DNA of 64,000 bases from a virus. Lineage: Duplodnaviria; Heunggongvirae; Uroviricota; Caudoviricetes. Under the pieces are notes generated by a model. The model searched no databases and was not told where the DNA came from. It saw nothing but the letters and a program-made list of their open reading frames with translations. Below are positions 11,401 through 20,551 of the stretch, piece by piece (position 1 is the stretch's first letter; every line of letters begins with the position of its first letter). The stretch lies in IMG/VR virus record IMGVR_UViG_3300032167_000028; one strand, 5' to 3'. The translations under genes and the position numbers were made by a program.

Positions 11401-11998
11401 CTTGTTCTGCAAGATCAACTCGGCCGGTAAGAACTAAGAGTTCCTCAGAGGTAGCTCCGCCTTCACCGCCGCCAGTTCCGCCGCTATTCTTTAAACTTTC
11501 AACTTCTTGAGAAAGAGCATTTACAGTAGTTTGTAGAGTATCTACATTACCTTGGAGAGTAGTAACTTCTCCTTGAACTCCCTCAATAGCAGTGGAAAGA
11601 ACAGCATCTTGCTCGGTTAATTTAGTAATGTCATCTTGGATTACGGCAAGTTCATCTGTATGAGCCGCAAGTAAAGCATCAACAGTTTCAAACTTACCAT
11701 TTTGTTCAGTTAAAGAATTTTCAAGACTTGAAACTCTTTTCTTTAAGGCTTCTACTTCAGCAGAGCTGGCGCCGCCTTCTCCATTATCGGGAGTGGTAGA
11801 GTCAGTGCTTACGCCAGAAGCATATGCGAGGTTACTCCAAGCAGTATTACCGTCGCCGACTTTCATCTTAACAGACCCATCTGTTAAAAATTCTAGGCCC
11901 ATTTCGCCTTTGAGAAGAACAGGGTTCTTTAAATCCCAATTCTCAGTGACGTCATGGCGTAGAACAATTCGGGTAGTTTTAACTTCTGCCATTATCAT
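5477..11998 (-). CDS. giant tail fibre / host-recognition protein (2173 aa) with HylP-type N-terminal anchor, coiled-coil repeats, BspA-like LRR region
   Basis: N-terminus TRIVLRHDVTENWDLKNPVLLKGEMGLEF...KVGDGNTAWSNLAY matches the conserved N-terminal domain of prophage hyaluronidase/tail fibres; repeated GGxSSEEL..LTGRVD coiled-coil units; LRR block NLTNMTLASQENISTLQIENTPGLDIEALILNSPKLNRVRL; no in-frame TAG. Confidence 0.9.
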   Translation of the reverse strand: MIMAEVKTTRIVLRHDVTENWDLKNPVLLKGEMGLEFLTDGSVKMKVGDGNTAWSNLAYASGVSTDSTTPDNGEGGASSAEVEALKKRVSSLENSLTEQNGKFETVDALLAAHTDELAVIQDDITKLTEQDAVLSTAIEGVQGEVTTLQGNVDTLQTTVNALSQEVESLKNSGGTGGGEGGATSEELLVLTGRVDLAEQDIASLKEADITTAANIETINTEIESIKSQLEAGGEGSENGGGASSEELTALTGRVDQHDTDIAALQASNEEVVAKVTAVEESNAESVAAVEAMQANVDAATEAVTTMQTSVDEIKTANEAIIADNAALNTRVETVEGTATGLTEKMDLTEARVDNLLDTLTGEENDSNYELRDIRVGYDGTTHTTAGGAVRQIGYDLKALHDELEDFIGANAVDGLAYEGNKLWLTANGVQVGDSVEIIGGTGGGTGSGGSTYSISLLNELSSRVLSVAEGDPVILKFSYHSIDDDSYPDGPGIGTITVNNVRKASLSIPQGSYTLDATKYLVAGENTIRIKVENSEGSSKTLAYTVNVLALAVTTTVPEMSLYSGAVAMPYTVTGQGSKTVHFVMDGRELGTEVVETSGISRTFGIPAQPDGAHIFEIYAVAESDGASVSSETLRLGMLYTSSTMTDAAVLMLTPSKLEVNQGETLALAYMVYDPFTENAEITLSILDENDEVYGTPRTLTVDRGEKVWTTQDYPAGATKFQIACGEKKSYIQLTVNPSTFNKTIITDSCVLDFNASGRSNNEANPESWSYGEIEATFNGFGWSNVDGWIDDANGQTVLRFLPGNSMSIPFYPFDNTNDLRVTGYTIEAELATHNVRDYDSVVVSSNDNGRGFVIKSQQATLNSEQSSVTVQFREDTRVRVTFVVEQRTLNRFVYVYINGIMCGVTVYPEGDNFNQVNPVGLTIGADSCGLDLYVLRIYNKGLNEAEQLNNFICDRPTLADRIAADERNDILSKQNGEVTIQDLPMTIPYIILECEELPQYKGDKKKKKSVTFVDQMHPERNFTATGVQLDVQGTSSAGYPVKNYKVSLKEGLTYTNSGESADGFPIFEGGLEGEVICLKADYASSENANNVMLVDFYEETCPYKTVAQEKDGRVRQGIRGFACVVFWNNTTTGETTFVGKYNFNDDKSNENVFGFDRDIYPNCECWEFCNNTSNRVIFKESEYESTVTVTNPDGSTETYPAWYDDFEARFPDLDDPFRDYTNFKRMTDWVVSTDRDAVDTEEEKAARLQKFKDEFEQYFVKEPCLFYYLFTEVFLMVDNRAKNLFLTTFDGDHWFPIPYDMDTAIGINNEGALVFNYDCEDTDQVNGADVFNGQHSTLWCNVRDAFGSEIKDMYTTLRSGKKFAYDVINSKMANHQATWPEVLWNEDAKKKWLSPYINQKIDHLDMLQGDKKAQRDWWLFNDFRYRDSKYQCGDANTNYITLRAYDIANITVTPYADIWPRIKYGSNVATVRGKRNNSYELECTLDKMNDTEVYIYSADRIASVGDLSPLKVGMADFAAATKLTEVIVGNGDDGYENPNLYSLSVGNNELLTLINVQNCTNPEFVNLDASGCHGLETVLAKNTKLTGINLPNGGHLHTLELPATIANLTIQNQKNLTNMTLASQENISTLQIENTPGLDIEALILNSPKLNRVRLTAVEWEATDQAALEATITKLQACGGLDASGANTAKAVVTGRVHVDSITDEFLQTINDTFPELIVVVGGTAKFFIRYFNYDRTLLYRYIAIEGDDVINPITEGFIEQPVREDTEDTRSTWRGWSELPTDIHKPYDIIARYDNIYRVRFCDANGEWKNEQWIPEGDSAVEPVNAKLMSKPTKTSTDQYDYAWSGWDRDYTYIEEPCEFLPTFNSILRDYPVYFYNESIKLAETRVFYGEKAVYPGDVSEIYKLINGEPSDYYEFTGWSPSPDTPITGTTYYYAQFAFDGYIEDDWATIIEACRTGNTDAYGLGGRKVIEYTLDGRTSTVEVEIVGKNHDNLATVDENYNGGTGKAALTFIVKNLGYERKHINEQPKEFEGQSTYNTGGWEHCDVRTWINSTMRGALPEDLRVGLRPVIKISDYGYYAKRLNEGTVDTLWIPSDRELNCEDTSYVIAGQGEPYPVYADDNSRVKEGSVGIYWTRSTGIGGQHFFRYIESAGRVGNLGGGNYAGIAFGFCI

Positions 11999-12279
11999 TA
12001 CTCCTTTTAATAAGATGATAGACCATCTTAGTCTCTCAAAAAAAAAGGTAATTTTGAGGAATTTATTTTCAAGATTTATTTTCTATAACTTAAAGAACAT
12101 CTTTCTTTGTTTAAAGACTTGATAATATAAAAAATAAACTGAAACTTTTCTTTAATAAATAAAAGTATTAAAATTTTATTTACATTCTGTAGAAAATTGA
12201 TTTTTTCTATTTTTTATTTTATAATTTCATTAAGATAAGAATATTAGCTATTCTTAAATAATAAATTAGGAGGAATCCT

Positions 12280-13248
12280 ATGAGTGCACAAGTTGCTATT
12301 ATTGTTCCTGCGTATCATGCTCATGATACAATTAAAGACTTATTAAAAACAATTGTAGCGCAAACAAAAGTAGATGTTTGTAAAACAATTCTAATTGATG
12401 ATGCAGATGAACAATCTTATGATTATTTATATGAAGATTTTCCCAGTTTAGATCTTATGATCTTGCGAAATGAAGAAAATAAAGGTCCTAGTACAGCAAG
12501 AAATAAAGGACTTGAAAAAGCTATTGCTTTAGGTATTCCTTATATCATGTTCGCGGACGCAGATGATCTATTTTATAGTAATCTTGCAGTTGAAATCTTA
12601 CTTTATACCCGTGGCAATAATGATGCCGACTTAGTTTGTAGCGGCTTCTTTGAGGAACAAGAGGAAACTTTAGTCCTTCATAATGATTATGATATCTGGC
12701 TTTTTGGTAAGATTTATAAAACTTCACTTATTAAAGAATACAATATTCGTTTTCCAGAAATGAGCGTAAATGAAGATGTATGTTTTAATCTTCATTATTG
12801 GCTTGTTAGTGGCACAAAGAATATGGTAGAAGAAGCTTTATATCTTTGGAAGAATAATCCAAATAGTATTACCAGAAAGAATAACGCCGCGTATACTTGG
12901 GAAAGCTACACTCCTCTTTGTCACAACTTAATTGTGACATATCAAAAGATCATCGAAGATAAGCGTATTTCTGAAGAAAGAATACTAAGTTCTTTTGCAA
13001 ATCGTTTAATCCGCATGTATATGGGATATAACGAATTTAGCATAACAGATGAGCCGCGTATTGATCTAAAGGGAATGATGACCGCCTTACGGTGCTGGAA
13101 TCAAGAAATATTAGAACCATATTGGGACAAACTCACACCCGAATTAATTTACGGGGCATGGAATGAAATTAGTTCTGAACCAGGACATACTTTTATTCCA
13201 AATATTGGACTTACAGAATTTTTTAAGAAAATGAGAGAGGAGCCATAA
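12280..13248 (+). CDS. family 2 glycosyltransferase (GT-A fold), soluble
   Basis: IIVPAYHAHDTIKDLLKTI...ILIDDADEQ...GPSTARNKG...FADADD motifs; AGGAGG RBS; no C-terminal TM helices (unlike GtrB). Confidence 0.85.
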   Translation: MSAQVAIIVPAYHAHDTIKDLLKTIVAQTKVDVCKTILIDDADEQSYDYLYEDFPSLDLMILRNEENKGPSTARNKGLEKAIALGIPYIMFADADDLFYSNLAVEILLYTRGNNDADLVCSGFFEEQEETLVLHNDYDIWLFGKIYKTSLIKEYNIRFPEMSVNEDVCFNLHYWLVSGTKNMVEEALYLWKNNPNSITRKNNAAYTWESYTPLCHNLIVTYQKIIEDKRISEERILSSFANRLIRMYMGYNEFSITDEPRIDLKGMMTALRCWNQEILEPYWDKLTPELIYGAWNEISSEPGHTFIPNIGLTEFFKKMREEP

Positions 13249-13267
13249 GCTCCTCTCTTTTCTTATA

Positions 13268-14587
13268 TTAATCAATTCCGCCTAAAGCAATTGCAGAACC
13301 CCAATAAGTTCCAGATCCATTAAGACACCAATACATAGTAGTACCGGACATATAACATTTTGTTCTCTGGTTACTATCTTCAGTGCAACAAACACCATAA
13401 TAAGAAGGATACCAACCTAAATAATGAGATTGCCAAGAACCTTTAATAATGTAGCCATTACAACCCCAATAATTTAAACATCCTTGTTGTCTGGTAGTTG
13501 TGGTATTATAGAAGGTATATGGATATTCTACGTGATAGTTCTTTGCATTGCCACTTAAACTTACACTAGAAGCAGTAACCTTAATACTCGAATAATATCC
13601 TGCACCACCGCTATAGCTACCACCAGGAGCAATTGTACAACTAACAGCTCCTTTATTAGTCATTGTACCAGAATAATTACCGCTGGTATTCATAAATGTT
13701 TTACCAGAAAGAACATTTCCTTGAGTTGCATTACCATAACGACCAGGAGCTGTAACACTTACAGAAGAATAATAACCTGCTCCACCACTATAAGTTCCAC
13801 CATAGGCTAAAGTACATGTAACGGCACCTTTATTCGCCATAGCTCCGGATTGATTACCACTAGTATTCATAAAGGTATAACCAGTTAAAACCTGGGCATT
13901 AGTAGCATTACCGTAACGTCCCGGAGCAGTTACTTTAACAGAATTATAGTATCCTGAAGTACCATTATAAGTTGCTCCATAGTCTAAACCACATGTAACA
14001 TCCCCTTTATTAGCCATTGTACCAGTCTGGTTTCCTGCCGTATTCATAAAGGTGTAACCTGTTAAAACTCGAGCATTTGTCGCATTACCAAAACGTCCTG
14101 GGGCAGTTACTGTAACGGAAGCATAATATCCTGCAGTGCCGCTATATGTACCACCATATGCTAAAGAACAAGTAACAGTACCCTTATTATTCATACTACC
14201 AGTTTGTGAACCAGAACTGTTCATAAAGGTTTTACCAGTAAGAACTTCCGTAGCAGTGGCATTACCAGTTAAAGATGGTGCGGTAACTGCAATTGATGCA
14301 TAATAGCCCGCAGTCCCAGTATAAGAGCCTCCAGAAGTCAAGGTACAAGTAACTGCACCCTTATTGTTCATTGTACCAGTAACCTTAGCTCCTTTAACAT
14401 ACGCGGTTTTGTCTTTTAAAATTTGTGCCGCAGTTGCGGTAGCATCGGAAGTATCAGTACCAGTAGAAATATTTGAAATAGCAGTAGCCATTTCAGCGGG
14501 AGTATATGTAGTAGTAACTCCCGCTTTATCACGAATAGCCTCTGCGATATTAGTTAATGTTGTACTTTCAATAAAAAGCTTACTCAT
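13268..14587 (-). CDS. tail fibre-like protein with five ~60-aa tandem repeats
   Basis: N-terminus MSKLFIESTTLTNIAEAIRDKAG..YTPAEMATAI typical of Firmicute prophage fibre proteins; repeats GTM(A/N)NKG(A/D)VTC.L..GG.Y.G.AGYY.S..VTAP. Confidence 0.8.
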   Translation of the reverse strand: MSKLFIESTTLTNIAEAIRDKAGVTTTYTPAEMATAISNISTGTDTSDATATAAQILKDKTAYVKGAKVTGTMNNKGAVTCTLTSGGSYTGTAGYYASIAVTAPSLTGNATATEVLTGKTFMNSSGSQTGSMNNKGTVTCSLAYGGTYSGTAGYYASVTVTAPGRFGNATNARVLTGYTFMNTAGNQTGTMANKGDVTCGLDYGATYNGTSGYYNSVKVTAPGRYGNATNAQVLTGYTFMNTSGNQSGAMANKGAVTCTLAYGGTYSGGAGYYSSVSVTAPGRYGNATQGNVLSGKTFMNTSGNYSGTMTNKGAVSCTIAPGGSYSGGAGYYSSIKVTASSVSLSGNAKNYHVEYPYTFYNTTTTRQQGCLNYWGCNGYIIKGSWQSHYLGWYPSYYGVCCTEDSNQRTKCYMSGTTMYWCLNGSGTYWGSAIALGGID

Positions 14588-14736
14588 TAGAAACGAACCT
14601 CCTCAGCATCACCAATGGCAACGAGCTCGTACTTGCCAGAGGAGCCAACTTGTAAAATTTTCCCATTGTCCGCAGTAGTTGGAACTGGGATGCCCAAATC
14701 AGTCTTTGTGATTGGAGCTGGAATAATACCTTTCAT
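14587..14736 (-). CDS. small protein (49 aa)
   Basis: MKGIIPAPITKTDLGIPVPTT...; GAGGTGAG RBS; TAATG overlap with downstream start. Confidence 0.45.
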   Translation of the reverse strand: MKGIIPAPITKTDLGIPVPTTADNGKILQVGSSGKYELVAIGDAEEVRF

Positions 14737-14751
14737 AAAATCTCACCTCAA

Positions 14752-17700
14752 TTAAGTAGTTGAGCAAATAACCCATTGCCCATTAATATAAATATAAGGA
14801 GCGCACTTAATCCATGCACCATCAACATTAACATATACTAAACAATTATGATTGCGGCCGCCCTTACGATAACCAACAGTATGTTTAATTTCACTTGGAA
14901 TATAAGTAAAACTAATGTTACTTGTTTGTGCTGTTAAATTTTGTGGAGAAGCTTTAGTTACCACATAAATAGATGCAGGATTTGTTCCATTCTTTAATAC
15001 AGATTCAAGAACTGTATAAGATGTTTTAGTTAAATTTTTACCTAATAAAGTTCCATTTACATATACATCATATGTAATTGTACCATATGAAATAGAGCCG
15101 GCTGTCCAACTAATGACTGCTTCACTGCCAGAGTTATTGCTGGTAAGATTAGAAGCACCCACAAAAATAGGAGAATAAGTAAAGCTTACAGGACTTGTCG
15201 ATGTAGATGCACCAGTAGTTATATTATGTGTTTGTACGTAAAAAGAAATTGAACTTAAATTATAAATCAAATTCTCTGCTACTAAATAATTTGTACTTGT
15301 TAAATCAGAAACGAGTAATTTATTATTTAAATAAATATCGTAAACTAAATTACCATAAGAAGTTGAACCTGCGGTCCAGGTAAGTGTAGCAGTATTAGTG
15401 CCATTTATTCTTAAATTACTTGCTCCAGTAAAAGAAGCTTCATAAGTAAAAATGACATTATTAGAAGTTGTAGTTAAAGTGCTTCCATTATCAGTATTTG
15501 CTAATCCAGTGGCATTTGCTTGAACACTAATAACAGCTGGACTTAGAGGAGCAATAACTGTTTCGGAAATAGTATAAGTACGACTAGTAGTTGTATCTAA
15601 AACAGTACCGCCAACTAAAATTGAGTAACTAATTGTACCAGTAGTATTGGTTAATGTTGCCGCAGTCCAAGATAATTGTGCTGTTGTACCACTATTACTT
15701 GCTAAAGTTAATGTAGGTGTAGATAAAACGGGTTTAGAGAAAGTTTTTACTGTACTTCCAATAGAATAAGTAACAACTGTGCCATCACTAGAACTGGAAG
15801 CATTATTATAAGTCGCTTTGACTTTAAAAACTTTTTCAATATCGTAACCCGCTTGAGAAACAATACTATAAGTACCTGTTAAAGCTGTAGTTAAGTTACC
15901 AATTGGTGTTCCAGTAGAATCATTCCATAATTGATAATATACACTACCAACACCATAACTACCTGTCGCAGCAGTCCATGTCGCAGTATAAGTACCATTA
16001 TTGTTTTGTACTATTGTGGGAGCACCCGGATTAGTTAATGCTGGAGCATGAAAGGTTACTGTTGTATTGTTGGAATAAGTTGTAAAATAACCATCTGAAC
16101 TACTTGAAGCATTGCCATAAGTGGCCCTTATTCTAAAGGTAATAGGAGTACCATATGCTGGGATACTTAATGTAGCAGATGTTCCAGTAGAACGACTAGT
16201 TAAGTAGATGTTACCAGTAACGTTTTGTACTTGATAATAAACGTTACCAGTATTATTTGTACCTGTCGCCGCAGCCCAACTAATGTCAAAGGTGCCGTTA
16301 TTATTCTAGGTAATTACAGGAGCTCCTGGTTCAGTTAAACTACCAGTATATAAGGTAGCCTAAGTTGTACTGGAAAGCATTGACAGTGTACCTGCGGTAC
16401 TACTTGAGGCATTGTTATAAGTAGCTTCTACTGCAATTGAGAATGTGCCACTACTTGGAATTGCTGCGGTATAGGTTCTACCTGTCTACCAATCAGTAGT
16501 TGTATTATAAGAACCATCGGTTTTTACTATAATAACACGATAATAAATACTACCTGTACCACCAGAAGCTGTTGCCGCGGTCCAACTTACAGTAAAGGTA
16601 TCATTGCCATTATTCGTAACAGTTGGTTTACCTGGAGCACTTAGTTCTGCCTAAATAAAAGTGTACGTAGTTGAGCTGGAAAAAGATTCAGCATAACCGT
16701 CTGCCGTAGAAGAAGCTCCACCATAGGTAGCTCGAACTTTATATTGTAAAGCTTGGCCATAAGTAGAAATTGGAAGAATAACACTTGTACTTAAACTTCG
16801 ACTGCTTAAAGCAAGTCCATCTGTTAAACTCCATAATTGATAATAAACATTACCAGTACCATAAGAGCCTGTTGCCGCAGTCCAAGATGCCGTATAAGTT
16901 CCATCACTATTCTAAACAATTGTTGGTGCTCCGGGAGCAGTTACTGTCGGTGCAGTAAAGGTTTTAGAAACAGTAGAAGACCAAGATTCTACAGAACCCT
17001 CAGAAGAAGCGGAAGCTCCATCATAAGTGGCTCTTACTTTAAATTCATATTTATATCCATAACTTGGAACCCTTAATGTTACCTAAGTAGCTGTAGACCA
17101 ATTAGACCAGTAACCACCGTTAGTTACATCCCACCATTGATAATAAACACTACCAGAACCGCCACTTCCTGTCGCTGCGGACCATCTTGCTGTGTAGGTG
17201 CCATCATAGTTCTCTGTAATGGTTGGGGTACCAGGAGCTGTTAAGGTTGCTGCATTAGTATTATATCCTAAATAAAGAGTAATTTCAGCTGAACTATCAA
17301 AAGCCGCGACCTTTGTACTAATAGGATTATCAGCACTATTTACTGCATAAGCTTTAAGATAAATATAAGAAGGAGTAGAAGCTGTAAGTAAATCAAAACC
17401 TCTTGGACAATCATCTTCATCTAAATTAATTGAAACGCCTGTTTCACTTAAACTATTAATACCATCGGGTATACCAACCGTAGAAGCATCATAATCATCG
17501 GTTTTATTCCAATAAATATTAAACCAGCTATGATAAGAAGTACCTCCGTTCAAGCCATCAATTTGAAGTTTTGAATAAGAAATACCATCTCCATTGGCTC
17601 CACCACTACTGGTATATTTATCATAATTTAAATCAGAACCGGAAATACTGCTAGAACTAACTGGACCTGTATCAGATGTGACAGTAAATTTTACGCCTTC

Positions 17701-17769
17701 ATCATAATAAAGTTCTACACCATATCCAGTAGATATTCTTGCAGTAATTATTCTTTGATTAACTGCCAT
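14752..17769 (-). CDS. tail fibre protein with multiple FN3/Ig-like repeats, containing several in-frame TAG codons (recoded)
   Basis: Start MAVNQRIITARISTGYG with GGAGG RBS. The ORF track shows no minus ORF of 60 aa or more in 15271-17082, although the repeat sequence (YTA.W.AATGS.GSG.VYYQLW) is continuous. Reading frame checked across 15270-15480 and across the TAG at 17083-17085. Confidence 0.7.
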
Positions 17770-17773
17770 CGTA

Positions 17774-18382
17774 TCAATCCTCCGGCTTTAGCCAAATAAC
17801 TCCTTCTACTGCTTCAGGCTCAGTTTCACTATAAATAAAGGTGTTAATATTACCTGTTGCGTCTGGCATAATATTATTTACGGTTGCCACTGCCGCAGTT
17901 TGAAGTGCACCACTTGTGCCACACATAATTAAAGTAATTTCTAATGTACCGGCTGGCTTAGTAGCAGTAGTAAAGGTAATACGACCATTAAAGGTTTCCC
18001 AGTCAATTGCGGCTAGTTGATTACCTTGTGTTGCAGAAGTTGGTAAAAATTCTACTACAGCCATCTCTGCGGTAATACCAGAATTAGTATAAGTATAAGT
18101 ATAGCCGCCATTTGCACTTGTCCAATCAGAAGTGGCAATACTAATTGGGCCAAAAGTAGAAATTAAATTACCAGTATTTTCATCTAATACTGCTTTTACG
18201 AAAGGAAGATTATTTACATATGTAGCACCATCACCCACTTTCATACGAGGAGCGGTATTATTAGAATCAATATTGTAAACAATAATTTCGCCCGCTTTAG
18301 GAATAAAATTAGTAGCTTTTAGCCAATTGGCTTCAACATCATTTTTACAAGAAATGCGGGCATTAAGTTGTTTCTCAGCCAT
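17774..18382 (-). CDS. tail fibre-like protein with HylP-type N-terminal anchor domain
   Basis: MAEKQLNARISCKNDVEANWLKATNFIPKAGEIIVY...MKVGDGATYVNNLPF. Confidence 0.75.
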   Translation of the reverse strand: MAEKQLNARISCKNDVEANWLKATNFIPKAGEIIVYNIDSNNTAPRMKVGDGATYVNNLPFVKAVLDENTGNLISTFGPISIATSDWTSANGGYTYTYTNSGITAEMAVVEFLPTSATQGNQLAAIDWETFNGRITFTTATKPAGTLEITLIMCGTSGALQTAAVATVNNIMPDATGNINTFIYSETEPEAVEGVIWLKPED

Positions 18383-18583
18383 AAAGTCACCCCATTATAA
18401 TAAAAAAATAAAGAGCTTTCGAAAACGAAAGCTCTGATGGAGAAATAATGTTATATTCCTCCATCAAATTATCGTTTTCAAATTTTATAGGAGTAGTGAT
18501 AAATCTTTTCATTATCACTCTATCTATATTTTAGGTAATTATTTAACGCCTAATATAAATAGTTTTTTTCCAGATAATAAAAA

Positions 18584-18638
18584 TAAGGGAGGACAAATGT
18601 CCTCCCTTGAAAAAGAGGAGGGTATTCACCCTCCTCTG
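18584..18638 (-). terminator. tandem intrinsic terminators after fibre gene
   Basis: two hairpins GGGAGGACAAATGTCCTCCC and GAGGAGGGTATTCACCCTCCTC with U-tracts on the minus strand. Confidence 0.6.
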
Positions 18639-18644
18639 ATTTTA

Positions 18645-20522
18645 TTACATTACAGTGCTAGCAGTACCGCAATTGAAGACTAGAATATCGCTTTCGGTCT
18701 GGATTAGATCGTTTACATTGCCAGTATGAGCAATAGTGGCAAGGCCGCTAATATCCTCATAAGTTGGCTGTGCACGATTAACAGCAATGATACCATTAGC
18801 CTCACTAACAGAGGTAACGAACTGCTTTGCAACAACTTCATCAGTCTTGTCAAGAGCCTCGATAGCATCGGTAACGGTCTTCTTAGTAGCAACTGGGTTA
18901 GAAGCTGCATCATAAGTACCGTTAAAGGTTAGATTATCCTGCTTAGAAGCAAGCTTGTCGATAAGACCATTGACCTGGCTCTGCTCAATGTTTGGAATAT
19001 CGGTAGCCTTTAGAGCTGCACGAGAAATAGTGATAACACCGTCTTCCTGAGAAACAGCAGTAACAAACTGCTTTTCAACAGCGGCGTCGGACTTATCTAG
19101 GCCGCCAACAGTAGTGGTGATAGCATTATCAACGTAGCTCTTGGTGGTTACCTTATTGGAAGTAGCATTGTACTTGCCTTCGAAAGCAAGATTATCCTGC
19201 TTATTTTCTTCAAGATCGTCGATCTGACCCTGCATTTTTGCATCGAGATCATCAAGATCCTTAGCAACGTCAACCTTTAGAGCATAGATGGACTCGTTGC
19301 CTAAGGTATGCCAAGCATTACCATCATAGACATACTCGTCAACGCCAAATAGAACAACGTCACCAGCTTCATAGGTGTTATCTGGATTTGGATCTTCCCA
19401 AGTGGTTGGATCAGTTGGTACAGCACCCTTGAAGTGCATTGCGCCAGTGACATCAGCCATAACTTCGTCAACATAATCCTTTAGAGCAACTGGGTTAGTG
19501 CCCTTATTGTACTCGCCAGTGAAGCCAAGTAGATCCTGCTTTGCATCAATGCGAGCAGTGAGGCCATTAACTTGAGACTCGTCGATAGTTGGGATATCTT
19601 CCTTAACTAGTGCACGCTTCTCAACTGCGATAACACCATCGGCCTGGGAAACAGAACTAATGATTTCGCCCTGATCAACAGTCTTGCCAGCATTGTTAAG
19701 AGCGTTGATAGCAGAAGTTACGGTTTCCTGAGTAGCAACCTTATTGGTGTCAGAAGGAGTGCCATCAATTGGGAGATTATCCTGCTTGGTGTCTTCTAGA
19801 TCCTGTAAAGCATCTTTAAGACCAGTTACCTTGCTCTGTGGAAGCTCTGGGATATCAGAAACTGCTAGAGCCGCACGACTTACGGAAATAACACCATCAG
19901 TCTGAGAAACAGCAGTTACGAACTTACCAGCCTAGGCCGCATCGGTCTTGTCAAGAGCCTTAATGGCGTCGGTGATCTGCTTATTAACAGTTTCCTCACC
20001 AACAAGACCTTCAAGTGCGGTTAGACGGCTGTTGATTTCGGTGAAATCAATAGTGGCAACAAGAGTATTAAAAGTTGTGTCGTTCTTAGCTGGATCGGTA
20101 GCCATTAACTTAAAGCTATAAGGATTGGCATCATCACGAACAACAGTGTAACGGGTATCGGTATCCTGAATCTCATCGTGGTCAGCGATAACTTCATCAA
20201 CGAACTCCTTGAGGAGATTGATTTCGCTAGCAGTATACTCTGGCTTGACCGCGGCCTTTGCCCAAGCATATACATCTGCAGCAAGAGCAGATACGAATTT
20301 TAGATCATTGTAATGGTCAGTGCCATTACCAACCTTCATTACGATGTTTGGAAGGTTTTGAAATTCATTATTGCTATTATTATTAGTGGTATTTGCCTTA
20401 TCGCTAGTCTCAACAGTAGCAAAGGCAACTTCGCCCATCTTTAAGATTGGGTTCTTAGAAGTCCAGTTAGCAAAACTGTCATACTTTAGTTGAATTCTTG
20501 TGTTAAGAACTTTCTCAGCCAT
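18645..20522 (-). CDS. tail fibre protein with HylP-type N-terminus and repeat region; one in-frame TAG at about 19933-19935
   Basis: ORFs 19932..20522 and 18645..19460 are in one frame; the ~150 aa between them have no other stop and continue the same repeats (KQDNL..G.....NPVATK..V..AI.ALDKTD..V.KQFVT.VS...G.I). Confidence 0.75.
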
Positions 20523-20551
20523 GTTTAAAACACCTCAAAAAGATAGTTTGT

